In this document: positions 46,110-54,089 of the stretch, piece after piece
Layout of the letters: every line of letters starts with the position of its first letter
Position numbering within the stretch: the first letter of the stretch is position 1
Notes under the pieces: model-generated
Database searches by the model: none
Seen by the model: only the letters and a program-made list of their open reading frames with translations
What the model was told of the DNA's origin: nothing
Translations under genes and position numbers: made by a program
Assembly (NCBI GenBank): GCA_039916225.1
Contig: JBDSLU010000366.1
Coordinates: forward strand, 1,115 to 65,114
DNA from: Vicinamibacteraceae bacterium
GTDB lineage: Bacteria; Acidobacteriota; Vicinamibacteria; Vicinamibacterales; Vicinamibacteraceae
Length of the DNA stretch: 64,000 bases
Direction of reading: 5' to 3'

Positions 46110-48398
46110 TCAGTACACCTTGATGTTGTCGAACGACGCGCCCCACGGCGCATCGGAGTAGAGGCCGGGGCTGCCAGCCTTGTGGCCCTGCTTGTCGATC
46201 GTCTCGACGAGCCAGGCGGCGGGCTCGGTCTCCCCGCGCGGCCACGCCTTGCCGCGGACGCGTGTCGTGCCGTCCTTCTGATTCAGCACCTCGAGCTTGA
46301 CCCGATACCAGGCGTCGCCCTTCCAGGCGAACGGCGCCGACTTGGTCATCTCGACGTTGGGCTGCCACGGCTGCAGCTCGATCTTCTGGCTGTTGCCGAA
46401 CAGCACCAGCACGTAGCGCTGCGCGATCACGCCGACATCGCCTTGCTGGCGCCGCTTTTCGGTGGTCCGGACGTCCATCTCGACGGTGTAGTTGGACATG
46501 TCCGGTGCCCCGAAGAAGAGGCGGGCCCGGCGCGTCAACGTCTGATCCTCGCGGCGCTGCAGCACCTTGCTGCCCTCGAGGTCCTTGACGTCGAACTTGT
46601 TGGTCGCGTTGACCCAGCCGCTCGGCGGTGCTTCGCTGGTGAAGGCGTCGAAGTTCTCCTCGAACTTGCCGGAGATGGCGACCCGGACGCGTGCCGTGCC
46701 GGCGAGCGGGCCGGCGCCGACGGTGGCCTTGAGCGCGCCACCCTGGCTGCCGGCGGCCGCGTCGGGCGTGAACGTGCCGTCCGGCGCCGCTGTGCCCTTC
46801 AGGCCTTCCGCCGCCCAGGCGATCGTCGTGCCTGCCGGCGTCGGCACCTTGATGCCGTTGGCGTCGTAGAGCGTCACGGTGAACTTCTGCGCCTGGCCCG
46901 GCTTCAGCGTGACGTCGGACGGGAACACGAGCGCGGCGGTCGGCGCGCCAGGCGTCGCCGCCGGCGCGGCTGCCGGGGCCGGAGGCGCCGTCGCCGGCTT
47001 GAGAGCCTTCGGGCCGATGGCGTAGAGCGCGTCCATCGAGGCGATGTAGACGCGGCCGTTGGCGACCGCCGGCGAGGCGACGATCGATTCCGGCCCCGGC
47101 ACGGCGTCGCCGGTGCCTTCGTACTTCGACTGCGGCAGGGTGTCCTCGTCCAGCACCTCGACGCCGGTCTTCGACGGCTTGAGGATGTAGACCTTGCCGT
47201 TCTCGGTGCCGACGTAGAGCTTGCCGTCGGCGAGCACCGGCGATCCCTTCTGCAGCGTGCCGAGCTTCTTCGTCCACAGCTCGTGACCGTCGGTCAGGTC
47301 GAACGCGAGCAGGATGGCGCCGTTGTCGACCGCGTACATCACGCCAGCCGCTTCGTCGACCACCGGCGTCGGGAACCCGATCTGCGGCCCGTGGACGAAC
47401 CACTTGGTCTGGTCCTTCTTTATCTCGCCCTTCAGCGTGCCGTCGAACCGCGTCACCAGGCCCATCTCGCTGGTGTCGAAGTTCTCCTCGCTGTGGGTCG
47501 CGACCACGTCGTTGCCGACCAGCACCATCGAGTTGTTGAGGGCGCGCTTGCTGACGTCCAGGCGCCACACCGGTTCGCCGGTGGCGGCCTTGAGCGCGTG
47601 GTAGACCCCGTCGGTGCCGCCAGCGATGGCCAGCCGGACGCCGTTGATGGTGGCGATGATCGGCGTCGAGTAGTTGGTGTCCCAGTGCCGCGTCTGCGGC
47701 GAGCTGACCCACACCGCCTGCCCGGTCTTCGTGTCGAAGGCGAAGTAGCGGTTGCCGCCGCGCGCCAGGGTGCCCCAGGCGGAGATCAGCGTGCTGACGA
47801 TGACGTGGTCGCCGTCGATGACCGGCGACATGGCCCGGCCGCCGTGCGTGGTGACCGCGCCGAAGTCCTCGATCAGCGAGCGTTCCCACAGGCCCTTGCC
47901 GTCGGGCGACGTGGCCCGCAGGTGGGCGTTGCCGCCGAACGTATAGATGTTGCCGGTGGCCGGATCCACCGACGGTGAGGCCCAGGCGACGCGGTGCGCT
48001 GGGATGTCGGTGAGATAGACCGGGAACTGCCGCTCCCAGAGCGTCTTGCCAGTGGCCGCGTCGAGCGCGACCAGGCGCTCCTGCCGGTGCGCGACGTCGC
48101 CCGCCGGCGCGTAGACGTAGACGCGGTTGCCGAACACCACCGGCGTCGAGCGGCTGCCGATGGGGACGCGCCAGGCCAGATTCTCACCGGCTGGCAGCTT
48201 GTCCGTGGGCGGCGCCCACTTGGTGGGCAGACCGGTCTCGGCCGAGCGGCCATCCCGCTTCGGCCCCCCGCGCCACTCGGGCCAGTTGTCGGCCGACGGA
48301 GTGGCCGTCAGGACGGCCAGGATCAGGGCGGTGGCGCCACCCAGCACGGCGAGCCGGTGGCGAGGCGTGACGGACGTGCGGGGAACTGGGATGCGCAT
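46110..48398 (-). CDS. PQQ-like beta-propeller protein with C-terminal Ig-like and concanavalin/LamG-like (DUF1080-like) domains
   Basis: Signal peptide, then NWPEWRGG, then propeller blades. A Big_2-like segment (LKPGQAQKFTVTLYDANG) follows. The C-terminus ends FDNIKVY. Confidence 0.8.
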   Translation of the reverse strand: MRIPVPRTSVTPRHRLAVLGGATALILAVLTATPSADNWPEWRGGPKRDGRSAETGLPTKWAPPTDKLPAGENLAWRVPIGSRSTPVVFGNRVYVYAPAGDVAHRQERLVALDAATGKTLWERQFPVYLTDIPAHRVAWASPSVDPATGNIYTFGGNAHLRATSPDGKGLWERSLIEDFGAVTTHGGRAMSPVIDGDHVIVSTLISAWGTLARGGNRYFAFDTKTGQAVWVSSPQTRHWDTNYSTPIIATINGVRLAIAGGTDGVYHALKAATGEPVWRLDVSKRALNNSMVLVGNDVVATHSEENFDTSEMGLVTRFDGTLKGEIKKDQTKWFVHGPQIGFPTPVVDEAAGVMYAVDNGAILLAFDLTDGHELWTKKLGTLQKGSPVLADGKLYVGTENGKVYILKPSKTGVEVLDEDTLPQSKYEGTGDAVPGPESIVASPAVANGRVYIASMDALYAIGPKALKPATAPPAPAAAPAATPGAPTAALVFPSDVTLKPGQAQKFTVTLYDANGIKVPTPAGTTIAWAAEGLKGTAAPDGTFTPDAAAGSQGGALKATVGAGPLAGTARVRVAISGKFEENFDAFTSEAPPSGWVNATNKFDVKDLEGSKVLQRREDQTLTRRARLFFGAPDMSNYTVEMDVRTTEKRRQQGDVGVIAQRYVLVLFGNSQKIELQPWQPNVEMTKSAPFAWKGDAWYRVKLEVLNQKDGTTRVRGKAWPRGETEPAAWLVETIDKQGHKAGSPGLYSDAPWGASFDNIKVY

Positions 48399-48452
48399 AG
48401 AAGGCTGACAGCTAAGATGAGGGAACTTCAGGACGATAGCCGAGCCCCTCCC

Positions 48453-49793
48453 ATGAGTCCACTACGACACGTTGCTGCCGCCGCGTTGACCACCGTCGTC
48501 CTTGGCACGTCCGTCTCGGCCGGCAATTGGCCGCAGTTCCGGGGACCGCACGGCCAGGGCGTCTCGGACGAGACGGCGCTGCCGTCGACCTGGGGACCGG
48601 GCACCAACATCGCCTGGAAGACCGCGGTGGCCGGCCTCGGCCATTCCTCGCCGATCGTCTGGGGCAACCACGTCTTTCTGACGACCGCCATCGAAGGGGA
48701 GTCGCTGCCCGGGGCCAAGCCCCCGGTGCACCTGCTGCAGCAAGACCCGGCCAAGCCGGCCGAGCCGTTCGTGCATCCCGACTCGCTCGGGGCCGACCGC
48801 AAGCACACCTACAAGGTGATCGCGCTGGCGCTCGACACCGGCGCCGTCCGCTGGGAGAAGGTCGCCTACGAAGGACCGGTCTACGACGGCCGCCACAAGC
48901 GCGGCAGCTACGCGTCACCCACCCCGGTGACCGACGGGAAGACGGTTTACACCTACTTCGGCTCCGAGGGCGTCTTCGCCTACGATTTCGCGGGCAAGCT
49001 CCTGTGGACGGTCGACGTCGGCGACATCAGGACGCTCGGCATGGGCACGGCCAGCTCGCCCGTGCTCTACAAGAACCTCGTCATCCTGCAGTGCGACGAG
49101 GACAGCGGCGACACGTCGTTCATCACCGCGCTCGACGCCAAGACCGGCAAGACCGTGTGGAAGACGAAGCGGCCGACGTCGGTCACCTGGACGACCCCCG
49201 CGCTCGTCACGGCCGGATCGAGCGACGAGCTCGTCGCCGCCGGCAGCGAATTCATCATCGGCTACGACCCGGCGACCGGCAAGGAGCTGTGGCGGACCAA
49301 GGGCCTCGACAGCAACACCATCGCGACGCCGCTGATCGGCCACGGCTTGGTGATCGTCTCGGCGGGGTATCCGACGAAGAAGGTCCTCGCCATCCGGCCA
49401 GGTGGCCGCGGTGACGTCACCGCGACGCACGTCGCCTGGAGCTACGAGAAGGGCACCTCGTACATCCCGTCGCCGATTCTCTACGGCGACTACGTCTACC
49501 TGATCAGCGACGCCGGGCTGCTGACCTGTCTCGACGCCCGGACCGGCGCCGTGAAGTACGAGGGCGGGCGTCCGCCGGTGCCAGCCAAGTTCGTCGCCTC
49601 GCCGGTCGCCTTCGGCGGCAACCTGTACCTCACCAGCACCGACGGCGACACGTTCGTGGTGAAGGCCGGCCCGTCGCACGAAGTGCTGCGCACCAACGAG
49701 CTCGACGAACCGGTCTACGCCTCGCTGGCGCCAGCCCAGGGCCGCCTGTTGATCCGCGGCCAGGGCCACGTCTACTGCATCAAGGGCGCCTGA
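48453..49793 (+). CDS. PQQ-like beta-propeller repeat protein, secreted
   Basis: Signal peptide, then NWPQFRGPHGQG and propeller blades. ATG 48453 is preferred over the upstream ORF extension. Confidence 0.8.
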   Translation: MSPLRHVAAAALTTVVLGTSVSAGNWPQFRGPHGQGVSDETALPSTWGPGTNIAWKTAVAGLGHSSPIVWGNHVFLTTAIEGESLPGAKPPVHLLQQDPAKPAEPFVHPDSLGADRKHTYKVIALALDTGAVRWEKVAYEGPVYDGRHKRGSYASPTPVTDGKTVYTYFGSEGVFAYDFAGKLLWTVDVGDIRTLGMGTASSPVLYKNLVILQCDEDSGDTSFITALDAKTGKTVWKTKRPTSVTWTTPALVTAGSSDELVAAGSEFIIGYDPATGKELWRTKGLDSNTIATPLIGHGLVIVSAGYPTKKVLAIRPGGRGDVTATHVAWSYEKGTSYIPSPILYGDYVYLISDAGLLTCLDARTGAVKYEGGRPPVPAKFVASPVAFGGNLYLTSTDGDTFVVKAGPSHEVLRTNELDEPVYASLAPAQGRLLIRGQGHVYCIKGA

Positions 49794-49811
49794 CCGGTCG
49801 CGTCGGCGAAG

Positions 49812-49907
49812 CCGGCTCCGAGCCCGGCTCCGAGCCCAGCTCCGAGCCCAGCTCCGAGCCAGGCTCCGAGCCCGGCTCCGAGCCCGGCTCCGAGCCCGGC
49901 TCCGAGG
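49812..49907. repeat. 8 tandem copies of a 12-bp palindromic unit (CCGGCTCCGAGC)
   Basis: The units read ccgg/ccgg/ccag/ccag/cagg/ccgg/ccgg/ccgg + CTCCGAGC. The core GGCTCCGAGCC is a palindrome around a central base. The array lies between convergent genes. Confidence 0.9.
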
Positions 49908-49914
49908 CGTGCAA

Positions 49915-51564
49915 TTATTGCGACGTCGAACCCGGGCTGCGCAGGATCACGCGCCGGTAGCTGGTCAGGTTGGGCGTGCCGTTGTCGGTGACCTCGAGGA
50001 TCACGTGCGCGACTCCCGGCACCAGCAACGTCGCGGCCGCCCGTGACGCCGTCGCCGCGGCCAGCTTCACGCGGACCGGAGGCTGCGGCGGGCCGCCATC
50101 GGGCGCGGACGGAATACCGCCGGCGGCGGCATCGCCGCCTCCGCCGACCCGAGGTCGCGCGGCGAGCACCGGCTGGCCGGGGATGCCAGTACCGGCTTCG
50201 GGATAGAAGAACCAGCGATAGGTCAGGGCGTGCCCGTCGGGATCGGTCGTCCCGGTGGCATCGAGCAGGACTGGCGTGCCAACCGGTGCGATCAGCGTAA
50301 GCGGAGCCGTGCCCGACTCGGTGTTCACGATGATGCGCGGGTTGTGGTTGCTGCCGCGGCCCGACGCCCAGGCCATGCGCGCGGCGAAGTCACGCTGGAA
50401 CGCGTCGCGCCAGCGCCAGATCGTCGCCTGGTCGGTGGTGTGCGCCTGGCCGTCGGTGCCGATGACGGTGTCGCGCGAACTGTCGCGGCCGGGATACGAG
50501 TCGCCGCCCTGCGTCCAGAACGGACGCGACTCACCGGAGGGCTGGCGCCAGACGTAGCGTCCGCCCCAGCCGCCGTAGGTCGGGCTCATGGCGCTGCCGA
50601 GGCCGTTGTCGAGCAGGCCGAGGAAGGACGGCGTGTCGCCCTCGTGGATGCAGCACGGCCGGATGTACAGCGTGCCGAGCGGGCCGTGGCTGCGGATGTT
50701 GGCCTGGACCCAGGCGTCGGTGAAGGTCGTGAAGTCGGCGCCGTTGGCGTTGCGATAGAAGCGATCGCCGCTGATGCCGGTCCACGTCGCGCGGTAGTAC
50801 TCGTCACCGTCCTGCGACGACGGGATGGCGATGTAGTGCAGGTTGACGAAGACCCGGCGCAGCCAGGGGCCGGCGTCGTCCTGATCGGAGATCGCGTAGA
50901 CGCGCAGCTTGGCGACGAACGCGTCGAGCTCGGGCGTCGGGCGCGTGCGGCGGACGTGGAACAGCGCCTGCGCGAGGGTGTTCGTGCCGCCCCAGGCGAG
51001 CACCCACAGCGGCCGCGGATCCTTTCGATCGACCGCCTTGATGATGGCCTCGGCGCCGGGCGAGAGCCGGTCGGCGCCGACGACGGCCATGCCATAGCCC
51101 TCTTGCCCTTTGACGACGAGGGCGTCGAGCGCGTCGGCCGTGGGGTAGCCCGGTGCCTGGGCCTCGAGATGCGGCCTCGCTTGCGCGTAGGCGGCGATCA
51201 CCGTGTGCAGCACGTCGGGGCGCACCGTCGCGCGCATCCAGGTGGACGTCGTCGCGACGAGGCCTTCGATGTCCAGCGTGTTCGAGTAGACGAGCAGCCG
51301 CACCATCGACATCTGGTCGTCGGGCTCGTTGGCGATGTCGGTCATCACCATCACGCGCGGCTTGTCGACATGCGGATCGATGCGCGCGGCGATGGCAGCC
51401 CAGCGCTGCTCGGCCTGCGCGGCGTGGCGGGCCGTCGTCGTCGCCAACGTCTCGGTCTCCGTCTTCGCTGGCGGCGGGGGTGGCGGCTCGGTCGTGCCGC
51501 AGGCCGTCACGCCGGCGCCGATCGCCAGCGCGGTGGCCAGCGCGACGAAGCCGCGACGGCTCAT
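49915..51564 (-). CDS. DUF1593 (nucleoside-hydrolase-like) domain protein with a C-terminal Ig-like domain
   Basis: Signal/lipobox-like N-terminus. VMVMTDIANEPDDQMSMVRLLVYSNTLDIEGLVATTSTW motif. Confidence 0.75.
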   Translation of the reverse strand: MSRRGFVALATALAIGAGVTACGTTEPPPPPPAKTETETLATTTARHAAQAEQRWAAIAARIDPHVDKPRVMVMTDIANEPDDQMSMVRLLVYSNTLDIEGLVATTSTWMRATVRPDVLHTVIAAYAQARPHLEAQAPGYPTADALDALVVKGQEGYGMAVVGADRLSPGAEAIIKAVDRKDPRPLWVLAWGGTNTLAQALFHVRRTRPTPELDAFVAKLRVYAISDQDDAGPWLRRVFVNLHYIAIPSSQDGDEYYRATWTGISGDRFYRNANGADFTTFTDAWVQANIRSHGPLGTLYIRPCCIHEGDTPSFLGLLDNGLGSAMSPTYGGWGGRYVWRQPSGESRPFWTQGGDSYPGRDSSRDTVIGTDGQAHTTDQATIWRWRDAFQRDFAARMAWASGRGSNHNPRIIVNTESGTAPLTLIAPVGTPVLLDATGTTDPDGHALTYRWFFYPEAGTGIPGQPVLAARPRVGGGGDAAAGGIPSAPDGGPPQPPVRVKLAAATASRAAATLLVPGVAHVILEVTDNGTPNLTSYRRVILRSPGSTSQ

Positions 51565-52136
51565 TTCGCCGCCGGCGGCAGGGCGTAGGTGAACGCGTAG
51601 AAGTGCTTGCCGCCGGGCTGGATCTCGATCGTCATCGAACCGGTGAGACCGATCAACTCACCGGTGCCGGAGTCGGGCACGACCGAGATCTTCAGTTCCG
51701 GCGTGCCTTTGTCCATGATGCCCCAGTGCTGCAGGGCGAACGTGCCCTTGCGGCCGGCCAGCGTCCCGGTGACGCGCTCGAGGGCGACGTATCCGGCCGA
51801 GCCGGCGACTGCCGATCGGACGGCGAGCATCTCGCCGACGCTGGTCGCGTCGATGTCGCCGTGGAAGGCCTTGTCGAGGGACATGCGGCCGACGGCGGCG
51901 GGATCGGTGGCATCGCCCTGCGGCGTGAGCTTGACGTCGAACGGGCCTTTGGCAGTCGCAGTCATCGGGGCGGTCGCGGTCATCGAGGTTCCTGTACGGG
52001 AAGGGGCCGGTGGGGGCGCAGTTACGGCCGGCGCCTGCGCGCGGGCCGGACGCGAGGACAGCCCGACGAGCGAGGCCATCAGCAGCGCGGTAGCCGAGAA
52101 CGTCATGCCGGTCGAGTACGGACGCGGGCGGTACAT
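51561..52136 (-). CDS. DUF3224 domain protein
   Basis: GTFALQHWG...VVPDSGTGELIGLTGSMTIEI..GKHFYAFTYAL. Its stop overlaps the downstream start (ATGA). Its start overlaps the upstream stop (TGATG). Confidence 0.7.
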   Translation of the reverse strand: MYRPRPYSTGMTFSATALLMASLVGLSSRPARAQAPAVTAPPPAPSRTGTSMTATAPMTATAKGPFDVKLTPQGDATDPAAVGRMSLDKAFHGDIDATSVGEMLAVRSAVAGSAGYVALERVTGTLAGRKGTFALQHWGIMDKGTPELKISVVPDSGTGELIGLTGSMTIEIQPGGKHFYAFTYALPPAAK

Positions 52137-53158
52137 CAGGCGAGGTCCTTCGCGATCGGCAGCGCCGGCGGATAGGTGAGGGTCGGGAGCAGCGCCTCGA
52201 TCTGGCCGCGCTGCGTTTCCAGCCACGGTGGCAGTACCAGCGATTCGCCGAGCGCGTGGGCCGCTTCGTCGACGGCGAATCCGGGGCCGTCGGTGGCGAG
52301 CTCGAAGAGCACGCCGCCAGGCTCCTTGAAGTAGACCGACTTGAACCAGAAGCGATCGATCACCGGCGTCGGGTGCGCGCCGGCGTCGGCGATGCGTCCG
52401 CGCACGTCGGCTTCGTGCGCGTCGTCATCGACGCGCCAGGCGAGGTGGTGGATGCTGCCGGTGCCCCAGGCGCCGCGCCGGGCGTCGGCGGCAGCGGGCC
52501 GGACGTCGAGGTGGCGTCCGCTGACGCCGGACAGGAGTCCGCCGGACGACCGCTCGTGATCGCCGAGGGCCGGGTTCGGGATCACGAAGCGCTGCCACTC
52601 GCCCTCGGTCGCGTGCGGCACGAAGCCGAGCACCTGCGTGAGGAGCATGGCGGTGGCGGCGGCATCGCGCTCGACGACGCGGGCACCGTGCAGGCCGCGG
52701 ATCTGGCGCTCGGCCGGCACCGGGCTGGCGTCCCACGGCGTGAAGCCGCGGCCGACGGCAGGCGCGGTCTCGACCAGCGCGACGCGCAGGCCGTGCGGAT
52801 CGATCAGCGGCAGCAGGCGCTCGCCGAACCGCGTCGCGATCGCGTCCACGCGCGCGCCGTAGCCGGCGAGGCGTGCGCCCCACCAGTCCAGCGTGCCGGC
52901 GGGGACCGCGAGCGACACCTCCGTCGCGAGCCCGTGTCCATCGCGCGACGGCGCCATGTGCGCCCACGGGAAGAACGTCAGGTCGGTGCCGGCGTGCCCC
53001 TCGGCGTCCGCGTAGAACAGGTGATACGTCCCGGGATCGTCCTGGTTGACGCTGCGCTTGACGAGGCGCATGCCCAGGACGCCGGCATAGAAGTCGAGGT
53101 TCTCCTGAGCCGGCCCGGAGATCGCGGTGACGTGATGCAGCCCATTGACGCTCCGCAT
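52136..53158 (-). CDS. VOC-family ring-cleaving dioxygenase (two glyoxalase-like modules)
   Basis: GLHHVTAISG.AQ.N.DFY..VLGMRLVK.SVNQDDP.TYHLFY..  .G..G..LTFFPW N-terminal signature, with a second HHLAWRV module. Confidence 0.85.
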   Translation of the reverse strand: MRSVNGLHHVTAISGPAQENLDFYAGVLGMRLVKRSVNQDDPGTYHLFYADAEGHAGTDLTFFPWAHMAPSRDGHGLATEVSLAVPAGTLDWWGARLAGYGARVDAIATRFGERLLPLIDPHGLRVALVETAPAVGRGFTPWDASPVPAERQIRGLHGARVVERDAAATAMLLTQVLGFVPHATEGEWQRFVIPNPALGDHERSSGGLLSGVSGRHLDVRPAAADARRGAWGTGSIHHLAWRVDDDAHEADVRGRIADAGAHPTPVIDRFWFKSVYFKEPGGVLFELATDGPGFAVDEAAHALGESLVLPPWLETQRGQIEALLPTLTYPPALPIAKDLA

Positions 53159-53182
53159 GAACCTGAGGTTATCAGTACGGCC

Positions 53183-53224
53183 CCGGCTCTGAGCTCGGCT
53201 CTGAGCCCAGCTCTGAGCCAGGCC
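53183..53224. repeat. left REP array: about 3.5 tandem 12-bp units (GGCTCTGAGC core)
   Basis: CCGGCTCTGAGC TCGGCTCTGAGC CCAGCTCTGAGC CAGGCC. It is the reverse-complement family of the right array. Confidence 0.85.
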
Positions 53225-53270
53225 TGTTTCATGTTGCTGTTTCTGCGATCTGCCGATGCCAGGTGGCGGA

Positions 53271-53966
53271 CTACTTCCGGTCGGTAGCTGCGTCCCTGAT
53301 CGGTTCGGCGATGGCGGAAATTGCGTCGACCTCCTTGGCCTCGCCGATCGGCAGGCGGTTGAGTGTCTGCAGTCGGATGTAGTCCAGATCCGACTGAGAC
53401 TCGACTCCCTCGACGAAGGATCGCCAATGCGATGGTCGCGGCACCGGCCACTCGGCTCGCTTGATGCCCTGCACCGCGCCTACTGGCGATGCGCTCGACC
53501 ACAGCCACTCGTGGGTGCGGTCGACGAGCGAAGCCCGAACTGGATTTCGTTCGATGTAGCGGGCGACGCGACAGAAGTACAACTCCTTCTGAACCGGACT
53601 TGCCCAGTAGCGAGACTGATAGACGGCGCCACGCCCGATCGTGCCGCTCCATCGGCGAACACCCATCGCGTGCCGCGACGTCAGCCACTGCATGAAGGCT
53701 ACGAGATCCCGCTCGCCGGTGGGACGCAGCAGGAAATGCACGTGGTTCGGCATGAGGCAGAACGCGAACATGTCGATGGGGACGCGGTCGAGAGCGCGCG
53801 CCATCAACCGCGTGTAGGCGAGGTAGGCGCCGAAGTCGCGGAACAGCAACTGTCCCTCGATGGCGCGGTTGACGACGTGGAAGGTGGTTCCGGCGATGTC
53901 ACCGAACGGACGTTGGCGCATGGATTCCTGCCGCGGGGAGCACACGGCAGACGATGTCCGTTTCAA
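53271..53966 (-). CDS. REP-associated tyrosine transposase (IS200/IS605 family Y1, HUH nuclease)
   Basis: HUH motif LMPNHVHFLL and catalytic-Tyr region VARYIERNPVRA. About 215-231 aa, with an alternative ATG at 53921. Confidence 0.85.
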   Translation of the reverse strand: MKRTSSAVCSPRQESMRQRPFGDIAGTTFHVVNRAIEGQLLFRDFGAYLAYTRLMARALDRVPIDMFAFCLMPNHVHFLLRPTGERDLVAFMQWLTSRHAMGVRRWSGTIGRGAVYQSRYWASPVQKELYFCRVARYIERNPVRASLVDRTHEWLWSSASPVGAVQGIKRAEWPVPRPSHWRSFVEGVESQSDLDYIRLQTLNRLPIGEAKEVDAISAIAEPIRDAATDRK

Positions 53967-54018
53967 TCAGCGTGCCGTCCCCGAACCCTGCCCAGCCGAT
54001 CGCGAATTCTGCGATCTG

Positions 54019-54075
54019 GCTCCCCGGCTCAGAGCCCGGCTCAGAGCTCGGCTCAGAGCCAGGCTCGGAGCCGGG
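54019..54075. repeat. right REP array: about 4 tandem 12-bp units (GGCTCAGAGC core)
   Basis: CGGCTCAGAGC CCGGCTCAGAGC TCGGCTCAGAGC CAGGCTCGGAGC CGGG. Confidence 0.85.
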
Positions 54076-54089
54076 AGCTTCTCTCGGTG

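Larger units (their letters stand above)
53183..54075 (-). mobile_element. REP-flanked RAYT unit (IS200-like Y1 transposase gene between inverted 12-mer arrays)
   Basis: Inverted arrays lie at both ends. A 12-bp direct repeat TTCTGCGATCTG occurs at 53241-52 and 54007-18, just inside the arrays. Confidence 0.7.

Noticed and set aside
49812-49907. Possible CRISPR array, also considered for 53183-53224 and 54019-54075.
   Set aside because: The units are 12 bp and directly abutting with no spacers. No cas genes are present. The repeats are associated with a RAYT instead.
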